Positions 27,405 through 35,303 of a stretch of 64,000 nt of DNA are shown piece after piece. Position 1 is the stretch's first letter. Every line of letters begins with the position of its first letter. The position numbers and the translations under genes are program-made. This DNA comes from Candidatus Kaiserbacteria bacterium (GTDB taxonomy: Bacteria > Patescibacteriota > Minisyncoccia > Phycocordibacterales > Phycocordibacteraceae), in NCBI GenBank assembly GCA_029288865.1, contig JARIGM010000017.1:7131-71130 (forward strand), in the 5' to 3' direction. Under the pieces are notes generated by a model. That model had not been told where the DNA came from and made no database searches. It worked only from the letters and a program-made list of their open reading frames with translations.

Positions 27405-28433
27405 ATGAAAGTTTATAGGGACATATACGGGCAAATAATTTCGCCGGAGAATCTCTTCGCCGCGTGGCGCGTTTTCAAGAACGACAAAAGGAACAAGCCG
27501 GATGTCGTCAAATTCGAGCGCCACCTCGAAGAGAATATTTTTCATCTGCACCGGGAACTTCGCGACAAGACGTACAGGCACGGAGGCTACTACGGCTTCT
27601 GGATTCGCGATCCGAAGCTGCGGAGGATTCATAAGGCCACGGTGAGAGATCGGGTGTTGCACCACGCCATATTCAGCGTCCTCAATCCTCTCTTCGAGCC
27701 GACATTCATTCCCACATCCTTCTCGTGCCGCGTGGGGAAAGGAACCCATAAAGGTGTCGAGAAGATCGCCGAGATGCTGCGCGCGGAAAGCCGGAATAAT
27801 ACGAGACCCTGCTTTGCGCTGAAGTGCGATGTGCGGAAGTTCTTCGATAGCGTCAATCACGAGACCCTCGTCGGCATCCTCGAGCGGAAGATTAAGGACG
27901 CTGATGCGATGTGGCTCCTGCGAGAGATCGTCGACAGCTTCTCGGACGAGAAAGGCATACCGATCGGGAACCTCACTTCGCAGCTTTTCGCTAACCTCTA
28001 CATGAACGAGTTCGACCAGTTCATCAAGCAGGAAATGAAAGTGCAGCGCTACGCTCGGTATACGGACGACTTCATCATCGTCTCCCGCGATGAGGCATAC
28101 CTCGCCGGACTGCTCCCGGTAATAGGGAGATTCCTTGCAGAGCGGCTGGCGCTTGAGCTGCATCCCAGCAAGATCACAATTCGAAAGTATCGGCAGGGAA
28201 TCGATTTCCTCGGCTATGTGGTATTGCCGGGGCATACAGTAGTTAGAACCAAAACGCGGAAGCGCATGTTCCGAAAGCTCCGCGGCAGGGTAAGGCAGTA
28301 CAAAAAAGGGGCTATCCCGGAAGAGACTCTCTTCGGGTCGTTGCGCTCGTATATGGGAGTGTTGTCGCATGCGGATGCTTCACAACTGGAAGAGGAGTTG
28401 AAAAATGATTTCTGGTTTCGCCTTAAGGAGTGA
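27405..28433 (+). CDS. DGR reverse transcriptase
   Basis: PKLRRI...RDRVLHHA, KCDVRKFFDSV, GIPIGNLTSQLFAN (DGR-type SQ), RYTDDF, GIDFLGY; 342 aa. Confidence 0.96.
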   Translation: MKVYRDIYGQIISPENLFAAWRVFKNDKRNKPDVVKFERHLEENIFHLHRELRDKTYRHGGYYGFWIRDPKLRRIHKATVRDRVLHHAIFSVLNPLFEPTFIPTSFSCRVGKGTHKGVEKIAEMLRAESRNNTRPCFALKCDVRKFFDSVNHETLVGILERKIKDADAMWLLREIVDSFSDEKGIPIGNLTSQLFANLYMNEFDQFIKQEMKVQRYARYTDDFIIVSRDEAYLAGLLPVIGRFLAERLALELHPSKITIRKYRQGIDFLGYVVLPGHTVVRTKTRKRMFRKLRGRVRQYKKGAIPEETLFGSLRSYMGVLSHADASQLEEELKNDFWFRLKE

Positions 28434-28700
28434 GCGGACACAGAAAACCCGCCACGGGTCCCAGCGTGAGCCAGGCGTACAGGTTTCCCCATACGGCGAT
28501 CAAGCATCCCCATGACGGGTTTTCTATGCTTGATCGCCTTTTTCGCCATGCCCCCAGCCGAAGCTGGAGGTTTAGGCTACTTTTTCTTATTCAGTTGTTC
28601 CTAAATCATAGCCTGCTTCCAGCCCTCCGCACAATGGCCAGGGGATAGGGTCAATGCCGGCCCCGCTGACAGCGGGAAGGGCACGCGTTATAGTGGCTTT

Positions 28701-28940
28701 ATGGAAACAAAAGAGCATATAACGCATGAAGCCGGGAACGATGAAGCGTGGGTATGTATCTGCGGGAATATGCCGTCCGATGGCGGCTTCTATCCTTGCG
28801 ACGAGAAAGGGAACGAGATGGAGCCGGTAGTCGGTAGCGACTGGAACGGCCTCTATGTCTGCGCCGACTGCGGCAGGATCATCGACCAAAAGACTCTCGA
28901 AGTCGTGGGCCAGAACCCGAACCCTAAGTTTCTCGACTAG
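28701..28940 (+). CDS. Small Cys-containing (zinc-ribbon-like) hypothetical protein
   Basis: CICGN...CADCGR. Confidence 0.6.
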   Translation: METKEHITHEAGNDEAWVCICGNMPSDGGFYPCDEKGNEMEPVVGSDWNGLYVCADCGRIIDQKTLEVVGQNPNPKFLD

Positions 28941-28971
28941 CCGGCAAGAAGTGCTATATACTTAAGCGTAT

Positions 28972-29307
28972 ATGGCGATACCCGATCAAGAAAAATACGG
29001 AATCTGGTCGGAAATAGAGCAGAGGTCTCCCGAACTGCTCAAGGTATTCCTGTCGCTCAAGAATGAGGATGAGCTCAAGGCATTCTTCCGCGATCTCATG
29101 AGCGAGCGCGACTTGCGCGAATTTGCTATGCGATGGGAAATCGCAAAGATGCTTGACTCAGGCATGTCCTTCACGCAGATTCAAGAAAAATGGGACGGCA
29201 ACGAGATGGTCTCCCCAAAGACGATCACGAAGATCAACCGATGGCTCAAGGAGGGCTGCGGCGGATATAAGATGATGATCGACCGCTTTAAGGACAAGAC
29301 CGATTAA
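28972..29307 (+). CDS. TrpR-like (YerC/YecD) HTH protein
   Basis: FLSLKNEDELKAFFRDLMSE.DL..FAMRWEIAKML...S..TITKINRWL..G.GGY. Confidence 0.8.
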   Translation: MAIPDQEKYGIWSEIEQRSPELLKVFLSLKNEDELKAFFRDLMSERDLREFAMRWEIAKMLDSGMSFTQIQEKWDGNEMVSPKTITKINRWLKEGCGGYKMMIDRFKDKTD

Positions 29308-29390
29308 GTTCGCGCTTTACCGCGGGAGGCGTTAAAATTCCTTCGGCTGGTACATTTCCAGATCAACAGTCCTCGTGAAAGGAGGCTCCA

Positions 29391-30416
29391 ATGCTCGCGC
29401 CTGAAACGGCGAAGCCTTCTCATGGGGACTACTATGTCGTCACCCATGATGTGGCTACCCGCCTGCAAGTGTTTCGATCGGACATCCTCGCGGTTCCCGG
29501 CCGGGACGACCTGGTCTTCCACGACTTTCATCGGTTGCTGCGCGACCTCATGAAAGAAGTGCTGCCGAATGTCGATGTGCATACGATTCACATAGAGGAA
29601 CTCGCGCGCTCAATCCGAAAGGATATGGGCGCAATGCTTTCCAACCTTGCGATAGTGAGCACGTGTCCCGAGATGGCTCATGAATGGCCGGAAAGCCACG
29701 TGCTCCAAATCAACAGGCTCTTCGATCGCGAAGGCGAACTGATCGGCTACGGCCCCAGACCCGGATACCCCTCTCTGCAGAAGCAGTTGGATGTCCTGGT
29801 CGCAAGGCTTTCAGGCCGCCCATTCGCTCTCGTCGAAGAAGGGGTGTTCACGGGAGGCTCGGTTCGCTTCATGCTATCCGAACTTTCCATGCGCGGCGCA
29901 AGTCCATCTGTCCTCGCTCTCGGTTTCTGCACTTCCGCGATCCGCGAGAGCTTGCAGGAGTCATTCGGAGGGGAAGTGGCGGTGCTTCAGGAGGTCGGGG
30001 AGCTGGTCGACTGGATCAATGACCATGACCTGGTTCCGTTCGCACCCGGATGCGGACGCATCCTCGGAGAGAAAACTTCCGAGGGCTGCGTACCGCTCCG
30101 AATTGCAGGAGCCGGTGCACTCTCCCGGCCATATGTCCTGCCTTTCGGCCGGCCAGAAGACTGGGCAAGCCTTCCGGCTGAAGCCGCCGCGCTCATTTCC
30201 AGGTTCTGCCTGGGCGCGAGCATCGGCTTCTTCTCGAGGTTCGTCAAAGCGGACGGGACTCCGATCACCATCCGCGATCTGGAGCGGAGTTTCCCCGCCG
30301 TCCCCGTTCCCGTGGGGCCGGAAAACGGCAGGGAGATACCGCCCCTCGAGACCCGCGTGGTCGACTTTCTGCGGGACGCGCTAGGAGAACTCGACAACAC
30401 ACTTTTCCCTCCATGA
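29391..30416 (+). CDS. Phosphoribosyltransferase-fold-like protein
   Basis: ALVEEGVFTGGS resembles the PRPP-binding loop (hhhDDhhxTGxS); GGAGG RBS. Confidence 0.5.
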   Translation: MLAPETAKPSHGDYYVVTHDVATRLQVFRSDILAVPGRDDLVFHDFHRLLRDLMKEVLPNVDVHTIHIEELARSIRKDMGAMLSNLAIVSTCPEMAHEWPESHVLQINRLFDREGELIGYGPRPGYPSLQKQLDVLVARLSGRPFALVEEGVFTGGSVRFMLSELSMRGASPSVLALGFCTSAIRESLQESFGGEVAVLQEVGELVDWINDHDLVPFAPGCGRILGEKTSEGCVPLRIAGAGALSRPYVLPFGRPEDWASLPAEAAALISRFCLGASIGFFSRFVKADGTPITIRDLERSFPAVPVPVGPENGREIPPLETRVVDFLRDALGELDNTLFPP

Positions 30417-30426
30417 AAAGTGAACT

Positions 30427-30460
30427 GGCCGCATCGCTTTTAGGGCGATGCGGCCTTTTT
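30427..30460 (+). terminator. Rho-independent terminator
   Basis: GGCCGCATCGC/GCGATGCGGCC 11-bp stem followed by TTTTT. Confidence 0.75.
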
Positions 30461-30548
30461 CCTTGTTTAGTAGAGCGAAAATATGGCTCTGTTGAGCCAT
30501 GATTTACCACAGCACAGAACCATTTTATTTGAAGACACATTTGTATTA

Positions 30549-30584
30549 TTGACAATAGAAAACCACTACACTAGGGTGTAGTGG
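30549..30584 (+). promoter_or_regulatory. Putative integrase promoter with overlapping palindrome
   Basis: TTGACA-17 nt-TAGGGT; CCACTACAC-TAGG-GTGTAGTGG inverted repeat over the -10. Confidence 0.45.
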
Positions 30585-30794
30585 AAGCCATTGTCCCGAA
30601 AGGGATCGGGGCCCGGAATCCGGGGCCGATGCGACCAATGGACTTTCTGCTGACTTGCATCCCAGGGTGCGATATTATGGGGTGGCATACCTGCAAGGGT
30701 ATGTCTCCCCAGCTGGGGTGCACGTTGACGTCCTTAGAGACGCCATAGCTGAAAGCCCACCTCGAGTCGCATCAGGGTGGGCTTCAAGCTATAT

Positions 30795-31853
30795 ATGCGT
30801 CTCAGCCAAGTCATCGATGAATTCAACAAAGTGCGAACCTTCCGCGGTTCGCGCCTTACGACTGCCCGATACGATCGGCTGCTTCGTATTTTTTGCCTGT
30901 GCATGCAAGACCCGGAACTCGAGGAGATCGATCTCCCGCATGTCCTTTGGTACTTCGGCGAACTAGAGCGCCTCGGCTGGAAGCCGAACGGCATAAACCT
31001 CATCGCTATCGCTCTTCGCAAGCTCTTCGAATTCTGCAACCTTCGCGGCTATACCACTTTCAACGAGCAGCTCATCCCGGTGCCGCGAAAGGAATTCAAT
31101 ATCCCGCGCGTTGCCGATCTCGAGACGTTCGAGAAGATTCTCAAGGAGATACCGGAGAATTCTCCTCGGCCTCATCACATCCGCAACCGGGCATTCCTCC
31201 TGCTCTTGTGGGATACCGGCGCGCGAGTCGGCGAGATATGCTCGCTCGACGTAAAAGACCTTGATCTCAAGAAGCGCACCGCAATCATCAAGACTGAAAA
31301 GTCTCGCGGTCGCCGTCCGGTGCGACAAATATTCTGGACGCCAGAGACCAACAAGCATATCAAGGCATGGCTCGACAAGAAGAATCATCTGCAAACGCTT
31401 TTTAAGTTCAATGACCCGGAAGCGCTCTTCGTCTCGATCGCCAAGTCAGGGCAGTACGATGTACGCGGCTCTCGCATGAACAGCCGCGGCGCGGCGGAGA
31501 TCATGCGCATGCTCTCGAACCGGGCAGGCATTCCAGTGGTCAACGCGCACTCGATACGACATTCAATGGGACGCGATACCGTCCGCACGCTCCGAAGCAA
31601 TTCGGCCGTATCGAACGTGCTCGGCCATTCGAATCTCGACAGCTCCTACATCTATACGATGCTATGGGGCGAGGACTTGAAAGAGGATTGGTCCAAGGTC
31701 ATGAAGAGCCGCGGCACGCCTCTGGCAGAACCGCCGCGCGCAGCAGGAAATTTCCCGCGCATGAAGAAGAGCCGGAACGAATCGAATACCCAAGGTCGCC
31801 TGCGTCCTGTCTCATTCAAGACAGGGAAGTACGGTCGCATGACGAGTCAGTAG
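30795..31853 (+). CDS. int: Tyrosine recombinase/phage integrase
   Basis: RNRAFLLLLWDTGARVGE (R), KTEK (K), HSIRH, LGHS, YIYT (Y). Confidence 0.92.
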   Translation: MRLSQVIDEFNKVRTFRGSRLTTARYDRLLRIFCLCMQDPELEEIDLPHVLWYFGELERLGWKPNGINLIAIALRKLFEFCNLRGYTTFNEQLIPVPRKEFNIPRVADLETFEKILKEIPENSPRPHHIRNRAFLLLLWDTGARVGEICSLDVKDLDLKKRTAIIKTEKSRGRRPVRQIFWTPETNKHIKAWLDKKNHLQTLFKFNDPEALFVSIAKSGQYDVRGSRMNSRGAAEIMRMLSNRAGIPVVNAHSIRHSMGRDTVRTLRSNSAVSNVLGHSNLDSSYIYTMLWGEDLKEDWSKVMKSRGTPLAEPPRAAGNFPRMKKSRNESNTQGRLRPVSFKTGKYGRMTSQ

Positions 31854-31885
31854 AACGGAGGGAATTTCCACGCTAGGATAGTGGA

Positions 31886-32146
31886 ATGAAAGCGAATACG
31901 GAGCGCAACGAAGAGATAGTCGCGCTGCATGATCTGAATCCTGAAAAGTATACCTTCGGCACCTTGGCGAAGAAGTACGGCATGGCCCGATCGTCAGTTC
32001 AGGAGATATACTGGCGTGAGAAAGCAAAGCTCGGAGACAAGGAAGCTCTGGCGCACCCTCTTGTTCGGAGGAAATTTCCTGCCCTGGCGGGGCGTAAGGG
32101 GTTGCCAGACAGGGGCATTGCAAGGCGTAAGGAGTCCGCGCTATAG
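31886..32146 (+). CDS. Small basic HTH protein (possible excisionase/regulator)
   Basis: ERNEEIV...YTFGTLAKKYGMARSSVQEIY. Confidence 0.6.
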   Translation: MKANTERNEEIVALHDLNPEKYTFGTLAKKYGMARSSVQEIYWREKAKLGDKEALAHPLVRRKFPALAGRKGLPDRGIARRKESAL

Positions 32147-32185
32147 TTATCTCGACGGGCGGCACCTTGAAAATCGAATAGAAAT

Positions 32186-32254
32186 CTCGCTCGCTTTTTG
32201 AGAACCTCATCTCGCATGGGGTATTCACAAAGCGAGCGAGCGAGGTTTTTCTTT
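32186..32254 (+). terminator. Hairpin/terminator at prophage right end
   Basis: CTCGCTCGCTTT (32186-32197)/AAAGCGAGCGAG (32229-32240), then T-tract. Confidence 0.55.
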
Positions 32255-32283
32255 AAGCGGCCTCGAGGTGATACAATTAGGGC

Positions 32284-32409
32284 ATGAAATCAGCGAGTTT
32301 AACAGGCGTTTCCGGCAATGGTATGTACAAAAAGCTAGCATGGTACCGCCATGAAATGGGGTACACATCAACCCTTGTACAGCACGTCATCAAGGCCGGC
32401 CACGCATAG
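32284..32409 (+). pseudogene. gap: GAPDH (gap) C-terminal remnant; probable attR
   Basis: Translates MKSASLTGVSGNGMYKKLAWYRHEMGYTSTLVQHVIKAGHA*, resembling the GAPDH end motif LVKVLAWYDNEMGY; 5 nt upstream of rpiB. Confidence 0.7.
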
Positions 32410-32414
32410 TTTCT

Positions 32415-32852
32415 ATGGCGAAGGTGTACATCGCGAGTGATCATGCCGGCTTCGAGCTGAAAAGCCAGCTCATACCTTATATAGGTAGTCTCGGCCATGA
32501 AGTCGAGGATATGGGAGCTCATGAGCTCGATCCGGAAGACGATTACCCTAATTTCATAACGCCCTGTGCACACGCAGTGGCGGAAGAACAGGGCACGATG
32601 GGTGTTATCATTGGGGGAAGCGGCCAAGGGGAGGCGATGGCAGCGAACCGAGTAGCGGGCATCAGGGCGGCCGTATTCTATGGTGGCCCGCTCGATATTC
32701 CTACGCTTGCTCGCGAGCATAACGATGCCAATATCCTTTCCCTGGGAGCCCGATTCCTGGATGAATCAGAAGCTCGTGATGCGGTACGAATCTTCCTCGG
32801 CACGCCGTTCTCGGAGGATCCGCGCCATATACGACGCATCCAGAAATACTAA
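32415..32852 (+). CDS. rpiB: Ribose-5-phosphate isomerase B
   Basis: IASDHAGFELK, DDYP, GGSGQGEAMAANRV.GIRAA, AREHNDANILSLGAR, RHIRRI. Confidence 0.96.
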   Translation: MAKVYIASDHAGFELKSQLIPYIGSLGHEVEDMGAHELDPEDDYPNFITPCAHAVAEEQGTMGVIIGGSGQGEAMAANRVAGIRAAVFYGGPLDIPTLAREHNDANILSLGARFLDESEARDAVRIFLGTPFSEDPRHIRRIQKY

Positions 32853-32882
32853 TTCTCGAATTTTAATGATATCCTTAGCACT

Positions 32883-33164
32883 ATGGATGGTGATGTACAG
32901 TTTGAAGAAGAGGACCTGCTGACCGTTACCCGACCCGCATCTATGCAAAAAAAGAAAAACGACACAGGCCTCATAACGCGTCTCGCGATCTCGACCGGCC
33001 TTGCCAAGGACGAGCAGAGCGCGCAGGTAGTGCTGCTCATTGCAGCAGTTGCTTTGCTCGTATTCGCGGTCGGGTTCTATGTCGTGGGCAATCATGTCGG
33101 CAGCAACGTAACAACGCCGACGCCAGAAGAAGCTGCGAAAGCATTCCATACTTCTAACCCGTAA
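32883..33164 (+). CDS. Hypothetical single-TM protein
   Basis: 93 aa with one hydrophobic helix. Confidence 0.6.
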   Translation: MDGDVQFEEEDLLTVTRPASMQKKKNDTGLITRLAISTGLAKDEQSAQVVLLIAAVALLVFAVGFYVVGNHVGSNVTTPTPEEAAKAFHTSNP

Positions 33165-33166
33165 CC

Positions 33167-33682
33167 ATGAAGACTCCAGCTCGCGGCTTTACCCTCATCG
33201 AACTTCTTGTCGTGATCGCGATCATCGGCATTCTTTCTTCGGTGATACTGACGTCTTTGAACTCTGCTCGCGCAAAAGCGAATGACTCGCGCCGTTTCTC
33301 AGACCTGCGCGAAGTGCAGAAGGCACTCGAAAACTATGCAAGTTCCAATAATGGCGTATACCCGTCTACCGGAAGCGCATGGAATACGCAATGCACCTAT
33401 GCCGGCATGACGACAGTTACTTCAGCGAGTGCCCTTATTCCTGGGCTTGTAGCAAGCGGAGCGATTTCCGCGATACCAGTTGATCCGGATATGAACGCCG
33501 GTGCCGGCACTTGTTGCTACGCCTACAAATCCAACGGCACGGATTATAAGTTTATTGCGGGACTCAGTTGCGGATCGACAAATTATGCGAACGCGACAGA
33601 AGCCTCGCTCCTTGATCCAGCACGATCCAGTAGCATCAAGAATTGGGCGGTGTACACTCCCGCAGTACAGACCGCCTGGTAA
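33167..33682 (+). CDS. Type IV pilin
   Basis: Class III signal RG|FTLIELLVVIAIIGILSSV. Confidence 0.92.
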   Translation: MKTPARGFTLIELLVVIAIIGILSSVILTSLNSARAKANDSRRFSDLREVQKALENYASSNNGVYPSTGSAWNTQCTYAGMTTVTSASALIPGLVASGAISAIPVDPDMNAGAGTCCYAYKSNGTDYKFIAGLSCGSTNYANATEASLLDPARSSSIKNWAVYTPAVQTAW

Positions 33683-33691
33683 CATTTACGT

Positions 33692-34402
33692 ATGAGCGCC
33701 ATCGTCCCAGCAATCCTGCCAACGTCGCGCGAAGACATCGAACATAAAGTCTCATTGCTGGTCGGGAATGCGAGCATGGTGCAGATAGATCTGGTCGATG
33801 GGAAATTCGTCGGACCAGCATCATGGCCGTATTCAGAAGGAGATGCAGCAGTGAAATTTGATGGAGACAATCCGCTCCCATACCTGGGCCGTATCCAGTA
33901 TGAGATGGACCTGATGCTGAGTGCCCCTGAAGATGTGGTAGGGGATTGGATTGCTGCGGGTGCGAATAAACTTATTTTCCATGCAGAGAGTTCGACGACG
34001 CTCCTCAAGACGATGGAAGAAGTGAACACGCGGTATGGCCACGATAAGGACTTTGCTCCGGATCTTCTTTCCATGGGTGTGGCTCTTAATATTGAGAGCG
34101 ATGTGACGCTGCTTGAGCCGTTCTTGCAATACGCAGACTATGTGCAATTCATGGGGATCGCGCAGATCGGCAAACAAGGCCAGCCGTTCGATGAACGGGT
34201 ACTTCGCAAGATTTCACAATTCCGGAGTACTCATTCGGACGTACTCATCCAAGTGGATGGGGGAGTGTCGCTTGAGACGGCGCGCGCACTTCTTTCTATC
34301 GGCGTAGATCGTCTCGTTGTGGGTTCTGCGATCTGGAGATCACAAAACCTTAAAGAAACACTCGAATCATTTCGGGATATCGTGCGTGAACATAACGGCT
34401 AG
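33692..34402 (+). CDS. rpe: Ribulose-phosphate 3-epimerase family protein
   Basis: QIDLVDGKFV, VQFMG..GKQGQPF, IQVDGGV, VVGSAI. Confidence 0.88.
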   Translation: MSAIVPAILPTSREDIEHKVSLLVGNASMVQIDLVDGKFVGPASWPYSEGDAAVKFDGDNPLPYLGRIQYEMDLMLSAPEDVVGDWIAAGANKLIFHAESSTTLLKTMEEVNTRYGHDKDFAPDLLSMGVALNIESDVTLLEPFLQYADYVQFMGIAQIGKQGQPFDERVLRKISQFRSTHSDVLIQVDGGVSLETARALLSIGVDRLVVGSAIWRSQNLKETLESFRDIVREHNG

Positions 34403-34419
34403 GTGGTATCCTAGAAGTA

Positions 34420-35301
34420 ATGGCATTAACTGAAAAAGAAATCGCTTCGCTCGAAGCAACAGCAGAGAAAGTGCGCGAGACGATCATCGAGATGCTCGTT
34501 GCTGCAGGCAGTGGGCACACTGCCGGACCGCTCGGCATGGCGGACATCTTCACTGCATTTTATTTTCATATTCTGAAACACGATCCGAAGAATCCGGATT
34601 GGGAAGGACGTGATCGACTGATACTTTCGAATGGACACATCGTACCGGTCCGCTACGCGACGATGGCACACGCAGGATATTTTCCGGTAGAGGAGTGCCT
34701 CACGCTGCGTAAGTTCGGTTCGCGACTTCAAGGACACCCAGAGCGCTTACGTTTGCCCGGCATGGAAAATACTGCAGGTCCGCTTGGAGAAGGACTCTCG
34801 CAAGGCGCAGGCATGGCATATGCGCTTCGTATGGATGCGGGTGCCGCCAAAGCTTCGAGTGAAAGCGCGCCGCACGTATATGTGCTCATGGGTGATGGGG
34901 AACAAGACGAAGGGAACGTATGGGAGGCGGTCATGTGGACGGCGAAGTACAAGCTCTCGAATCTTACTGCCGTGATCGATCGCAATAACATCCAGATCGA
35001 TGGCATGACGGAAGACGTGATGCCGCTCGATTCGCTTCGCGCGAAGTATGAAGCATTTGGTTGGCATGTGCTGGAAGTGGACGGACACAATATTCGTCAA
35101 TTTATTGAAGCTGTTGAAGAAGCGAAGACTGTGTATGAAAAGCCGACGCTCATCATTGCACACACGATTCCTGGCAAGGGGGTTCCAGAGATCGAGTTCG
35201 ATTATCACTGGCACGGCAAACCACCGACTGCTGAAGAAGGAAGGCTGTTCCTTCGCGAGCTTCGCTCCATGAAGGGCAAGCTTCCGCACGAATACGCATA
35301 A
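34420..35301 (+). CDS. tkt: Transketolase N-terminal (TPP-binding) subunit
   Basis: SGH..G, RDRLILSNGH, LQGHP, GDGEQDEG..WEA, DRNNIQ. Confidence 0.95.
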   Translation: MALTEKEIASLEATAEKVRETIIEMLVAAGSGHTAGPLGMADIFTAFYFHILKHDPKNPDWEGRDRLILSNGHIVPVRYATMAHAGYFPVEECLTLRKFGSRLQGHPERLRLPGMENTAGPLGEGLSQGAGMAYALRMDAGAAKASSESAPHVYVLMGDGEQDEGNVWEAVMWTAKYKLSNLTAVIDRNNIQIDGMTEDVMPLDSLRAKYEAFGWHVLEVDGHNIRQFIEAVEEAKTVYEKPTLIIAHTIPGKGVPEIEFDYHWHGKPPTAEEGRLFLRELRSMKGKLPHEYA

Positions 35302-35303
35302 AT

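Larger units (their letters stand above)
25721..28433 (+). mobile_element. Diversity-generating retroelement (target-VR, TR, avd, RT)
   Basis: All canonical components within 2.7 kb; adenine-specific VR/TR mismatches. Confidence 0.97.
1..32409 (+). mobile_element. Integrated siphovirus-like prophage (left end outside window; right end inferred at GAPDH 3' remnant)
   Basis: Colinear terminase-portal-protease-capsid-neck-tail-lysis genes, then accessory genes and a tyrosine integrase, followed abruptly by host housekeeping genes (rpiB, rpe, tkt). Confidence 0.92.

Noticed and set aside
27393-28370. 325-aa minus-strand ORF opposite RT
   Set aside because: Antisense shadow of the RT gene with no recognisable motif
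27405-28433. RT as group II intron or retron
   Set aside because: No maturase/endonuclease extension or retron VTG motif; the SQ motif, Avd and TR/VR identify a DGR
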